Below are positions 10,887 through 22,978 of a stretch of 64,000 nucleotides of DNA, one piece after another (position 1 is the first letter of the stretch; the number at the start of each line of letters is the position of its first letter). A program made the position numbers and the translations under genes. The stretch lies in NCBI RefSeq assembly GCF_006345805.1, contig NC_043022.1:20336001-20400000 (forward strand), in the 5' to 3' direction. The notes under the pieces were generated by a model, which worked only from the letters and a program-made list of their open reading frames with translations, had not been told where the DNA came from and ran no database searches. The DNA comes from Octopus sinensis. Lineage: Eukaryota.

Positions 10887-11584
10887 CTGAAAGGAAATTT
10901 GAAAAAGTAAAAGAAAGAAAAAGAAAAAAAAAAGCATTATCGCAAATTAATAATTTCAAATTTTGGCACAAGGCCAGCAATTCTGAGACTTTTTTTTAGG
11001 AGCAAAAGTTATAAATCTTCCACATTATTGTAATTTTAGTAAACCATTACAATATAAGCTGCCCTACCAACTTTTGTGATTCCATATTGAAGGAGATGAT
11101 TATAACAACACTTTGAACACACCCCACAAAATACCAACCCACCAATGTTCAACTGGTACTTATTTTATCGATCCCAAAAGGATAAAAGATAAAGTTGAGC
11201 TTGGTGGAATTTGAACTCAGAATGTAAAGGTAGATAAAATGCTACTAAGTATTCTGTCCGGCATGATGATGATTCCGTCAGCTCATGGCCTACTATCTCA
11301 GATTATTAACAAATATTTTGACAAGCTGATAGAGACCTCCATACAGTGGTTTGAGATCTTGGTCCTTCCATAAACAGCCTTGCCCAGGCTTGTGCCTCGG
11401 AAGGGGTCTTTTTAGGTGCAATCTCATGGTCAATCATGACCTAAGGGGTGGTCCTTACCTTTACCCTACATACATATAATGGTATTAAGAGGGGAGGCTG
11501 GTATGCATGAATAAATATGCAATAAATTTGACAAAGAAATCTGACAGCTAAAGAGTTAATGTTTGAAATAATAAGCTGACTTAC

Positions 11585-11681
11585 ATAATGGTTTGTGAAG
11601 TTATGGAACTGTTTCACCATTATTTGTTCCAACATCTCTGGATCTCCAATCAGCAGTGCTGGCTGTCTTCCAAGATAAAAG
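11585..11681 (-). CDS. CYP3A-like copy A exon 4 (FYLGRQPALLIGDPEMLEQIMVKQFHNFTNHY)
   Basis: Clan-3 P..DP...K.F..FTN pattern; AG/GTAAGT; 97 bp, frame continuous. Confidence 0.92.
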
Positions 11682-12044
11682 CTAAAAACCGAAAATATAT
11701 ATAAATAAACAGTTTGGCAAAAGAGACTGACAAAATAAATGCCAAATGTTAAAAAAAGTACTAGAGTCAGTTTATTCAACAAAACCTTTCAAAGCATTGC
11801 CACAGCTTGGCCACAGATAAATGACTGAAACAACCAAAAGATAAATGGAGATACAATTTCTGTGTAAATAAATATGTGCTAAGAAGTTTACTTTCCAGCC
11901 ACAAGGTTCTGTGTTCAGTTCCACAATGCAGCACCTTGGACAAAAGTGTTCTATAGCCCTGGGCCACCCAAAGACTTGTGAGTGAATATGGTAAGTGGAA
12001 ACTAAAAGAGGTCCATTACACACACACGCGTGCACACACACACA

Positions 12045-12120
<76 letters not shown>

Positions 12121-13557
12121 TATATATATATATATATAGATACATATACAAATTATCTCCCAAATTAATTCATATTTAATACATTTAGATTTAAGTTCCC
12201 AAATATGTTTACTGAGGCCTAAATTTGTATGGCAAAATCTTATTGTATAGGGAGTAATTCTTGTTTATTGTGTAATAATGAATTTAAGGAAATATTATTT
12301 AATAATAATTATGTATCGGTCAATTTACTGATACATAAAATTAGCATAAAATTAGCTGCAAACATAAATTAATTTACCTACATAATAGATTTAGCTAATT
12401 TTCCGTATATATAAAACCCTATTTTATGTTACTTATTTATTGTAGATATAATTTAGTTGTATTAGTGTATAAATTAGCTTGTTATTATATGTTATATTAC
12501 TATATTTGAATAAGTTTAAACTTGGATATTTCTTAATAAATAAATGATTTTAAATTTATAGTAAATAGTCATTTATAGATTTGTTGTTCTCTTATTATTT
12601 GATTCTAGAAGCTTAAATATTTTTCGGCATTTTCATTAATAAATATATTTCGTCATCTTCATTAATAAATTTATTCTATCTTTTTACACAATGTCTTCAC
12701 GAGTTTAATTTCTTATAAACGCTAAGGCCTACGTTTTTACATTTAAAATTCAGTTATAAAATGTTCTTCAATAAGATAAGTAACGTATTTATATAACAAT
12801 ACTATTTAATTTTTGAATTGTATTGTGTTTGATTATTATTGTTAAAAATCATCATCGTCATTATCATCGTTTAACGTCCGTCTTCCACACCAGCATGGGT
12901 TGGATGGTTCGACCAGGGTCAGGGAGGCCAGGAGGCTGCACTAGGTTCCATTCTGATCTGGCAGTATTTCTACAGCTGGATGCCCTTCCTAACGCCAACC
13001 ACTCCGTGAATATAGTGGGTGCTTTTTACGTGCCACCGGCACAGGTGCATGTGCCGGTGGCATGTAAGTTAAGATTTATTTTCATATAAGTTATATAAGT
13101 TAAAATTTATTTTCATGGATATAATAAATATTTATACCTATTTATTCTAGTTTTATTTATACCAGAATATGTTTGTTAAGATATTTCGTGTTAGTATTTT
13201 ATGATATATTATTGTATTTTGTTTGATTTTTATTGTAAAATTACGTATTTTTATATTCATTTATATTTTCCTACAAGATTATATACGTATATTTATTTCT
13301 TTAATTCTTTTATTGTTTTTATCTTGGACCTGAAGAGTGACTGAATTTAAATTGAATTGATTTTACTGTTATCGATTTGAAAATATAGCCACGAAGCATG
13401 TGTAGTCTTTTTACCAATTATATACTTTTTATTTATTATTTTGTACTTAATTATTGGTATATGTTTTTATCATATATTTAATTTTTTTCTATATGGTATA
13501 ATTTAATTATATCATTGTAATTTCAATGTTGAATTAATAAAAGGTGGTTCTTTTCTA

Positions 13558-13608
<51 letters not shown>

Positions 13609-14030
13609 TGCATATATATAAATATATACACGCTCACACATATATATATACATATATATATACACACACACACATTCATACACACATATACACACACATA
13701 CATATATACATACATATACAAACATACACATACAAATATACATACATACGTATATCTATATATATATAAATATATAGGAGTATGTGTGTGTGTATTCATG
13801 TATGTATGTATTCAAATACCAAATCTTGAAGATGGGAAGCAGACTTACTGTAGTATTTTGATGTGTCCAGTTGCATACTCATGTCATTTTGCTTATAGAA
13901 CCTGTAAATTATGATTATTGCACAACCCTTGGCTTCCTGAAACAGCTGTCGAGTTAAGACATTACGTAATTTCCTTAGATTTTATTCTGTTTTTATTGTT
14001 CCATGTGAATACATATACATACATACATAC

Positions 14031-14062
<32 letters not shown>

Positions 14063-14139
14063 CTTTTGTCAAACAAGTAAAATATTTTTTTTTAAAAAGA
14101 GATAAAAGGTAAATGAATTTAAACCAAATGAATTCTTAC

Positions 14140-14192
14140 CCCACAACATCGCCATATTTATTCAACCATTCTGCATCAACCACAAATTTTCC
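14140..14192 (-). CDS. CYP3A-like copy A exon 3 (GKFVVDAEWLNKYGDVVG)
   Basis: 53 bp, KYG motif, AG/GTAAGA sites; same size as human CYP3A4 exon 3. Confidence 0.92.
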
Positions 14193-14401
14193 CTGAAAAA
14201 AAAAACAAAACAGAAAAAGAGAAATGTAATATATATGTGTGTATATGTGTAGTATACGTGTGTAACTATGCCATGGCAAGAATGCATTTGAAAATAGATC
14301 CCAAACACAGAAGACATGAGGCAAAACAAGCAGCAGCAGCAGCAACAACAACAACAACTGTATTGAAAGGCAATATTGACAGGATATGCAAATATACTGA
14401 C

Positions 14402-14498
14402 CTTGCGTTGAATTTCTTTCAAGCTGCCCCAAGGAAAGGAGGGTTTCGGTCCTGGATATCCAAACTGTTTTAGATAGTTATAGGGCCATTTTTTGAAT
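14402..14498 (-). CDS. CYP3A-like copy A exon 2 (FKKWPYNYLKQFGYPGPKPSFPWGSLKEIQRK)
   Basis: Proline-rich PGPKP hinge typical of microsomal P450s; AG/GTCAGT sites; 97 bp. Confidence 0.92.
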
Positions 14499-14929
14499 CT
14501 GGGAAAGAATTGTGATGGAGAGTTTAAAAGGTTAAAAGAAACACTTATTTATTATTGTCTTCTTTAACACAGCAACTTCACAACAGAACGTAACAACCAT
14601 GGGACTGAGGTAACCCTCTCCATTCAGACTTCAAGGACCCTGCAGGGGATTTATTCAATTTCAAGCAACATTGTGATGCTCTCTCTTCACATGTTCCCTT
14701 ATCTTTTTCAATCCTGTTTGTAAGCTTGATCCTTATAGTTCCCAAAGCTCAAACAACAACAGAGACAACATCAACCTTCTTCAATGCCCATAGTCTTTTT
14801 ATCTCTTAATTCAATCCATCTTGTCTAATTTGCTTCTCTTCTTCTCCTGATATACTGCAACAAAATAAGCCAAGGTCGGTTTGGAGGGGTGATGAAGTGG
14901 GGGTGTATAAAAACCAGGTAATCTTTCGT

Positions 14930-14939
14930 GTTTGTTCTT

Positions 14940-14995
<56 letters not shown>

Positions 14996-15011
14996 ATGTC
15001 CATGCTTGTTC

Positions 15012-15063
<52 letters not shown>

Positions 15064-15460
15064 ATGTCCATGCTTGTTCTTCTGTGTGTGTGTTGTGTGT
15101 GTGTGTGTTGTGTGTGTGTGTGTGTTGTGTGTGTGCATGTCCATGCTTGTTCTTCTGTGTGTGTGTGTGTGTGTGTGTGTGTTGTGTGGTGTGTGTGCAT
15201 GTCCATGCTTGTTCTTGTGTGTGTGTGTGTGGTGTGGTGTGTGTGTGCATGTCCATGCTTGTTCTTCTGTTGTGTGTGTGTGTGTGTGTTGTGGTGTGTG
15301 TGTGTGTGTGTGTGTGCATGTCCATGCTTGTTCTTCTCTGTGTGTGTGTGTGTGTGTGTGGTGTGTGTTGTGTGTGTGCATGTCCATGCTTGTTCTTCTG
15401 TGTGGTGTGTGTGTGTGTGTGTTGTGTGTGTGGTGTGTGTGTGCATGTCCATGCTTGTTC

Positions 15461-15510
<50 letters not shown>

Positions 15511-15541
15511 TGCATGTCCATGCTTGTTCTTCTGTGTGTGT

Positions 15542-15576
<35 letters not shown>

Positions 15577-15595
15577 ATGTCCATGCTTGTTCTTC

Positions 15596-15642
<47 letters not shown>

Positions 15643-15667
15643 TGTGTGTGCATGTCCATGCTTGTTC

Positions 15668-15711
<44 letters not shown>

Positions 15712-15727
15712 ATGTCCATGCTTGTTC

Positions 15728-15775
<48 letters not shown>

Positions 15776-16139
15776 ATGTCATGCTTGTTCTTCTGTGTGT
15801 GGTGTGTGTTGTGTGTGTGTGTGGTGTGTTGTGTGTGTGCATGTCCATGCTTGTTCTTCTGTGTGTGTGTGTGTGTTGTGTGTGTGTGTGTGTGTGTGGT
15901 GTGTGTGTGTGCATGTCCATGCTTGTTCTCTGTGTGTGTGTGTTGTGTGTGTGTGGTGTGTGTGTGTGTGTGTGGTGTGTGTGCATGTCCATGCTTGTTC
16001 TTCTGTGTGTGTGTTGTGTGTGTGTGTGTGTGGTGTGTGTGTGTGTGGTGTGTGTGTGCATGTCCATGCTTGTTCTTCTGTGTGTGTGTGTGTGTGTGTG
16101 TGTGGTGGTGTGTGTGTGTGCATGTCCATGCTTGTTCTT

Positions 16140-16187
<48 letters not shown>

Positions 16188-16203
16188 ATGTCCATGCTTG
16201 TTC

Positions 16204-16239
<36 letters not shown>

Positions 16240-16327
16240 ATGTCCATGCTTGTTCTTCTGTGTGTGTGGTGTGTGTGTGTGTGTGTGTGTGGTGTGTGTT
16301 GTGTGTGTGTGCATGTCCATGCTTGTT

Positions 16328-16365
<38 letters not shown>

Positions 16366-16566
16366 TGTGTGTGTGTGGTGTGTGTGTGTGCATGTCCATG
16401 CTTGTTCTTCTGTGTGTGTGCATGCGTGTTTGTTCCTCTGTGTGTATGTACGTGCTTGTTCTTGTTTGTGTGTGTGTGCGTGTGTGTATGCATGTGTGCT
16501 TGTTCTTGAGTGTGTGCATGTGTGCATGCTTGTTCCTCTGTGTGTGTGTGTGTTTGTGCTTGTTCT

Positions 16567-16598
<32 letters not shown>

Positions 16599-16600
16599 AG
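14930..16600. repeat. Compound (GT)n minisatellite with 22 copies of GCATGTCCATGCTTGTTC
   Basis: Copies counted directly between 14994 and 16410; degenerate copies at the right edge. Confidence 0.95.
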
Positions 16601-17615
16601 TGCCTGTTCTGTTTTTATGTGTTGTGGAATGAAGATATAACGAAATTATGCCAACATTGTCGCATTTTAAACTTGAAGGAAAAAAACACACACAACCCAT
16701 TAGCTTTCTCTTCCCATTTCGATACGACAAGTGACAGTTGACATGGCAACACGTACCGAGTTCTATGTTATGATTTTTCGAGTCAAGGCGAAAGATTGCC
16801 AAAAACCATATATTTACAAAAAATTAATTTTTTCTATACAAAACTGCCTCCAGAAAGACTTCTACCCCTCCCACCCCACCCATTTTCTCCCAAATTTGTT
16901 TATTTTGTAAATTTTTTTTCCAAAAATCCCCGATTTCGGATACGGATGTTCTGGAAAATTGCCAAAAATCCCCGTTTTGGATACAGAGGTTCCGGAAAAT
17001 TGCCAAAAATCAGCATTGTGAAATTCCCCCCTCCCTTTCCTCCCAAACTTCTTCAATTTTGACTTTTTTCCCAACACTAACCCTAAAACCCTAACCCTAA
17101 AACTGTAAACGTAAGTACAGAAATGTTTTGAAATTTTTGTCCGAATCATGATGTCCGTATTTTCCCTTATATTTAGAAACAAAAATTCTACCAAAAAAAT
17201 TTTACAAAGAATTTAGGAAATTTTTTTCAGAATCATAATCTCTGTATTTTTTCGCATATTTTGAAGAAAAAAAATTGTGAAAAAAGTTTAAAATGAAGGA
17301 AATGGTGGTGGTGGGGGTGGGGGTGGGTGTAATTCAGAAATGTCGATTTTTGCCAATTTTTTTTGCAGATTCGTATTCCCCGTAGCCGAAAAGGAGGGAT
17401 TGTGTCGAGAAAAAAAAAACGTTTTTTTTAAAGGGTGGTTTTTTTGTGGGGACGGGTGGAAGTCTTGCCCTGCTTCCATCCCCATCACTTCCATAGATTT
17501 GGTGGAAAAAAACAATGGGGAAAATCTACATGGAAACCAAGAAAATCCAATTTATGTGATCGTCCTGATCTGAACCTCTGCCAAGAAGAGAATGAAAAAT
17601 AATCTGTGTACTCAC

Positions 17616-17692
17616 GTATAAACGATCCCTAAAACTACGAGGGATATGAGGATATATATTGAGGATTCAGTGAACGACAGAAGGTCTATCAT
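17616..17692 (-). CDS. CYP3A-like P450 copy A, coding exon 1 (N-terminal membrane anchor MIDLLSFTESSIYILISLVVLGIVY)
   Basis: ATG at 17692, hydrophobic anchor, GTGAGT donor; 77 bp ends in phase 2 and joins exon 2 in frame (AC|A = Thr). Confidence 0.8.
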
Positions 17693-18329
17693 GACGAACT
17701 GGAAGTCTAGGTTTTCGCTTCGAGACAGAAAGAATTACGTTAAATACAGCAACAGCCGAACAGACTTGTCAACGTCTGTGACAAATGAGAATGCTGCTTG
17801 GCCGGTTTGTCTTCGGAAAGATATACAAATACAGAGCAAAAGAAGTGTAAGAGGAGGAGGAGGAACCGAAGATGAAGAGGATGGAGGGAGAAGATGAGGA
17901 GAAGAAGCGGAGGAGGAGGAGTAAGGTGAAAAAGTAGGGAGGGAAGGGAGAGGAAAAGAGAGTAAAGAGAAGCAGTAGAAGAAGGCGAGGACGTGGGAGA
18001 GAAGGAGTAAAGTGAGGAAGAAGAGGGAGAGGGACAGTTAAATGAAGAAGAAGCAGAGAAGGGGAGTAAAGTAAAGAAGAGAAGGGAGAAAGGGACAGTT
18101 AGAGGCAAAATTACAAAAGTAAAAAAAACAAAGGTGGCTTGAAAGTAGCAGTCATGTGTTCTTGTAACGAAAGATCACCAGAATTTATTATATCAAATAA
18201 ACGAAAAATAAAAAACACAGACATTTGAATAAAAAATCATAAAGTAAATTTATTGTCTTTTAATCTGCTAAATCCTATGAAAAAAACAATCTTTCAAAAT
18301 ATGCTATTGCAGTTTCCACTACCTTCAAA

Positions 18330-18860
18330 TACTGCACTCTCTAATGATCCAAAACAGTGCAGTGTTGATATTTTAATGCCATTTCCTTCCTGGTATCTTT
18401 TAGGAACTTTTCTTTGCTTGGCTTGCTCCAAAGGAGAAATATTGAGGTGGTAAATCATTTTTTCTGCTGTATTGAACAGCTCCTGAAATTTTTCTTCACT
18501 GCATAAATTTTTAGCTCCTCCTGCACCAGTTTGACACTATGTAACATGCCACCTAGATTGACGGTGGCACTTTGAAAAGATTTGTTCAATCCTTCAAGGA
18601 GTTGAAGTAGTGGAACTACAACATGCAATCCAAGAACACATTGACCCGTAGAGGGACACGTAAGAATACCATTGGCACTGGAGGCAATGTTGATGCCAAA
18701 CTCATTTGTTGCCTCTTGTAAAGAAATGAGGACATCTGAATAATTTTCAAGAAGGGCTTTGACTTCAGAAAGTTGTGTTAGCCATCAAGTAGGGCACACA
18801 GGTTTTAAGGACTGTGATGACGATACTTCATTTTCTTCATGTTGTGATAAACACGTCCGC
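18330..18860 (-). mobile_element. Degenerate hAT transposase fragment
   Basis: SLKPVCPT*WLTQLSEVKALLENY resembles the hAT LKxLCxTRW motif, with R changed to stop. Confidence 0.65.
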
Positions 18861-19254
18861 TCAGTGACGGCTCATGTATAGGCACTGTGGAACTGCAGCA
18901 TCCCCTATTTCCACTCGATATTATCAATAACATTCAATATAATGAGTCCTTTTCCCTTTAATTCCTTCTTTATACTTGTACATTACATAATCCTTAAGCT
19001 TAATGTCAGTAGCTATCCCCTACTTTATGAAAAAAATACAAAAATCATTATATAGAGCTGTGTGCTTCACAGTTCCAGTGACGTGGTGTTTGACCATTGT
19101 GCACATGCTCACACGTTCGAGATAGGAAGCTTCACGCTAGGGAGAGAGAGAGAGCACTGCGTGAACAACAGTGCCGACCCTGGTGTAAAAGGGAGAGAGA
19201 CAAATCAAGGTTCAAGAGTTGCTGAAGACAACTTGAAAATACTGGTCACAATAT

Positions 19255-19620
19255 AACTTGTGATAATTTTGTTTACAATTCTTGGATTGACTCGAAAGCT
19301 GCTTAACAAGAAACTACTTTAGCTGGAACAGTTAGAAAGAAAAGAGTTGAACTTCCAAGTGCTTTCACAAATGGAAAAGAAAGAGAAATCAACAGCAGAA
19401 TATTTGGATTTCAAAAGGATTCTATTATCCTATCTTATTGTTCCAAGAAAAATTATGTAGTGACACTTATGAGTACAATGCACTCTCAGCCTTCAATTGA
19501 TTCAAAAAGTGCTGAAAAGAAACCTGAAGTTATTACATGTTACAACAAAACAAAAGGAGGAGTAGATACCCTAAGATAAGACGGTGAGGACATACACTTG
19601 CAAAAGAATGACCGAGGTTC
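19255..19620 (+). mobile_element. Degenerate piggyBac transposase fragment
   Basis: GTVRKKRVELP, VTLMSTMH, KPEVITCYNKTKGGVDT motifs with frameshifts. Confidence 0.7.
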
Positions 19621-20403
19621 ATATGTTCTCAGAGTGTCTATATAAGATTTAGGGGGTCCCATGAAAACATTTTGCTTTAGATATACTTATTGCAAGAAAC
19701 AAATAGATTTCTCTCTCTAACATTTTTTGACATAGTTCAGCCTAAACATGTTAATACATGAAAAACAAAATAGGAATTTAGAAAGAAATAGCAATAAAAC
19801 TAGTTTTTAAACATTAAATGGCTATGGGAGTCCATCACAATAAAATAGTAATAAAAGAGTGTCTAACTGTTTAACATCCTGCCTAATTACCCAAGAGATC
19901 TGCAAAGTGTAGATGTGGAAGCATTCCAAAAGCACCTGAACAAATTTCTATCTGAAATCCCAGATGAGCCCACATCACACAGGAGGCGCAAAGAAGAGTA
20001 ATTTCATCCAACTTGCTTCTTCACCAAGAACAGTACTGAAAGGAGACCCAAAAACATTGAAAGGCGGTACTTCAGCATCCCCCCCCCCCCCAGCCTCTAG
20101 CTGAAACCAGTAAAAGAATAGATAAAAATCAAGAACCACTGCTATAATAGAAGATACTTGCCCAAGGTGTAACACAGTGAGACTGAACCCAGGACCATTT
20201 GGTTGGGAAGCAAACTTCTTACCACGAAGCCACACCGTTTTTTTACTTTCTTTTTTATGATAAAGACCCTATAACATAATGTGTCTGTTAATTATAAAAC
20301 TGGGTTAGTGAGGGCCAGGGATGTGGAAATGATTGACTGTTTTTCTGCTGGTTCAGGGCATGTCTAGAACTATACAGAAAAATAAATAAACAAATCCACC
20401 CAC

Positions 20404-20508
20404 CGATGCCATGCTATCAGTCCATTCTCCGTGACCTTTCTGATATTCTTTAACTTTACGAATATCTTCAATTATCTGGACTGAATCACCTATGGCAAAT
20501 AGTTGAAC
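20404..20508 (-). CDS. Isolated exon encoding a Mind bomb (MIB1/MIB2-type) SH3-like REP repeat segment, VQLFAIGDSVQIIEDIRKVKEYQKGHGEWTDSMAS
   Basis: F..GD.V....D...VK..Q.GHGEWTD.MA matches the MIB repeat; long polypyrimidine tract with AG, GTGGGT donor; 105 bp, phase 0-0, no stops. Confidence 0.75.
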
Positions 20509-20677
20509 CTGAAAGAGAGGGGAAAAAAATAAGCACAAGAAAAGGAAGGAGAGAAAGACAGAGAGAAGAGAGAGAGGTGAGAGAGAGAGAGAGAGAGAAA
20601 GAAAGGAAGAAAGAAAGAAAGAAAGAGAACTCTGCTGATTCTGTCACGTGCTGTCCTACTAACACAAAAGTAAATAA

Positions 20678-22281
20678 CACTGTGTAACAAAATTTTTATT
20701 ATTTTTTTTTTTGTCTTTGGTCAGTAAGTGTTATTTCTCATTTGCTTCTATCTAGAAACACTGGTCAACAGCCAATTTTCATCAGGGATATTATATGTTG
20801 GTTTATATGTAGCTTTGTCCGTGGATTTCGAAATTTTAATTGGTTTCCTTTGATCAGGCACAGTTTTTCTGATGAGGTATCGCTACACATAAACGACTTA
20901 TACAGGTAAATTCTGACTTTTGTTTTATAACTATTTGTATTCATTTTGGCCTCATGAAACAATTCATGAAGACACTTGCCAGGAAAAGCTCAAAAGGGTT
21001 TGAATATGTGAAGGCTAAATTTCCAAAAATCACCGAGGTAAAACTGAAGGAGGGAATATTCATAGGTCCACAGATAAAAGAACTCCTGAAGGACAACCAC
21101 TTCCTCACAGCATTGGATGAGATTGAGCTTAAAGCCTGGGAATCCTTCAAAGGGCTCTGTGAAAATTTCCTAGGCAACAAGAGATCTCTAGATTTTAGAA
21201 GTGGAGTGAAATATCTTCTAGAATCCTACGCTGCAATGACCTGCCGGATGTCACTAAAAGTCCATTTCCTTGATTCACATCTGGACTTTTTTGCAGAGAA
21301 TCTTGGAGCAGAGTCTGATGAGCAAGGCGAATGCTTTCATCAAGTTATTGCATCGATGGGACAACGATATCAAGGATTTTGGAATGCAGGAATGTTAGCT
21401 GACTACTGTTGGGTGTTATACAGGGATGAACCTGAGACAAAACACCATAGAAAGTTCAAATCCCCCAAATTTTAAGTTGTTATGCATTTGAGTGTATTCT
21501 AACTTATTTGTACACAATAATTTTAATTTTATACAATAAAAAGTCATGAAATTATCATATTTTGTATTCAATATCTATATCTATAAAACGCAGGACGAGT
21601 GTGTGTGTGTACGTGAATGTACTTTATGCACGTCCACAAATTAGCACGCATATCGCTCAAATTTTAGGAGTACATTGGTCACGACCATGGCTGTGCTTTT
21701 GTCAACTTATTTTTCCCGAGGTACCTCCGGACAGCGGTAATAATAACTTTTCAACCATAACTTTTACCAATTTTCACGTCGGTGACTTCCGTAAGTTTGC
21801 TAACATGAGTTAAGTCCCCTGTCTTATAGATTAATTCACCCTACTACAATACCTCTGGAAAAAAAAATTAGATTTGGACTATCTAAGCAATCTCAGCGTA
21901 GGAAAAGAGAAAGAGCTGAAGAGACTGACTATCAGCAGAACCATTAGTGAAATATTATAAATTTGTAGTCTGAAACCTGCCAATAAGAGCTTGCGGATAT
22001 TCCGCTACAAAACATTCAATAACATCGAAGCAGTAACTTTCGTAAATCTGGATTCAGAAAGACTCTTTCTGAACCCAGTCAACGACGGGTATTTCTGCTA
22101 GTACTTTATATAGACATGCTTTACGTATCCTATAAGTGAAAACAGCAGGTATCATTAAAATGAAAATGTGGCCTGAGAGAGGAAATTGGACTTCAGATTC
22201 GTAATCAGCATCAAAAATTAACCCAGAAAAGTCGTTCAGCAACTCTGATGATTAAAATAAGTTTCATTTTGTTGACCAGTG
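20678..22281 (+). mobile_element. Deleted CMC/Chapaev3-like DNA transposon
   Basis: Imperfect TIRs cactgtgtaacaaaat / attttgttgaccagtg, TAA on both flanks; ORF 20954-21475 with KEGIFIGPQI, HFLDSHLDFF, SDEQGECFHQ and MLADYCW transposase C-terminal motifs; family assignment from recall only. Confidence 0.65.
21572..21805 (+). mobile_element. Possible non-autonomous Helitron nested in the Chapaev3-like element
   Basis: tctatatctataaaa start followed by (GT)n; 3' end degenerate (ctaa rather than ctag). Confidence 0.35.
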
Positions 22282-22571
22282 TAATTGATAACACAAAGAA
22301 CGGAAGTGGAAGGGATATAACTTGGTGTTACACAATAGAATTGGAAATAATCTAAGTCTCCAAAAGCTGTTATCTTTATGGACGGGTTTGTTTTAAACAT
22401 AGAAGATTATGATTCTGCAGAATATTAAAAGGGTGTGTGATTTTATTCTTGCTTTTTTTAGTAACTTTACAGTTTTTACCTTTTTTCGAAAATGTTCAGA
22501 TTTAAATTTCAAATCTCAGAATATTTTTCTTAAAAATATACAAATATGCGTGACTTTTTAAAACATATTTA

Positions 22572-22734
22572 GGCGCAGGAGTGGCTGTTTGGTAAGTAGC
22601 TTGCTAACCAACCACATGGTTCCGGGTTCAGTCCCACTGCGTGGCATCTTGGGCAAATGTCTTCTGCTATAGCCCCGGGCCGACCAATGCCTTGTGAGTG
22701 GATTTGGTAGACGGAAACTGAAAGAAGCCTGTCG

Positions 22735-22772
<38 letters not shown>

Positions 22773-22978
22773 AATATGTTTGTTCCCCTAGCATTGCTTG
22801 ACAACCGATGCTGGTGTGTTTACGTCCCCGTAAATTAGCGGTTCGGCAAAAGAGACCGATAGAATAAGTACTGGGCTTACAAAGAATAAGTCCCGGGGTC
22901 GATTTGCTCGACTAAAGGCGGTGCTCCAGCATGGCCGCAGTCAAATGACTGAAACAAGTAAAAAGAGTAAAAAAAGAG
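22572..22978 (+). mobile_element. tRNA-derived SINE, family 1
   Basis: Full-length copy matching 1123-1524. Confidence 0.8.

Noticed and set aside
14990-16410. CRISPR-like layout (constant ~20-bp partly palindromic repeat with variable spacers)
   Set aside because: The spacers are plain (GT)n rather than unique sequence, there are no cas genes, and the context is a eukaryotic intron.
14806-16802. 500-660 aa His/Thr-rich and Cys/Val-rich ORFs in all six frames
   Set aside because: These are translation artefacts of the (GT)n minisatellite. They are open only because the repeat lacks stop codons, and the region is intron 1 of the CYP gene.
17076-17100. True telomere or chromosome-fusion site
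   Set aside because: There are only about 3-4 imperfect CCCTAA units, no head-to-head array, and gene structure continues on both sides.
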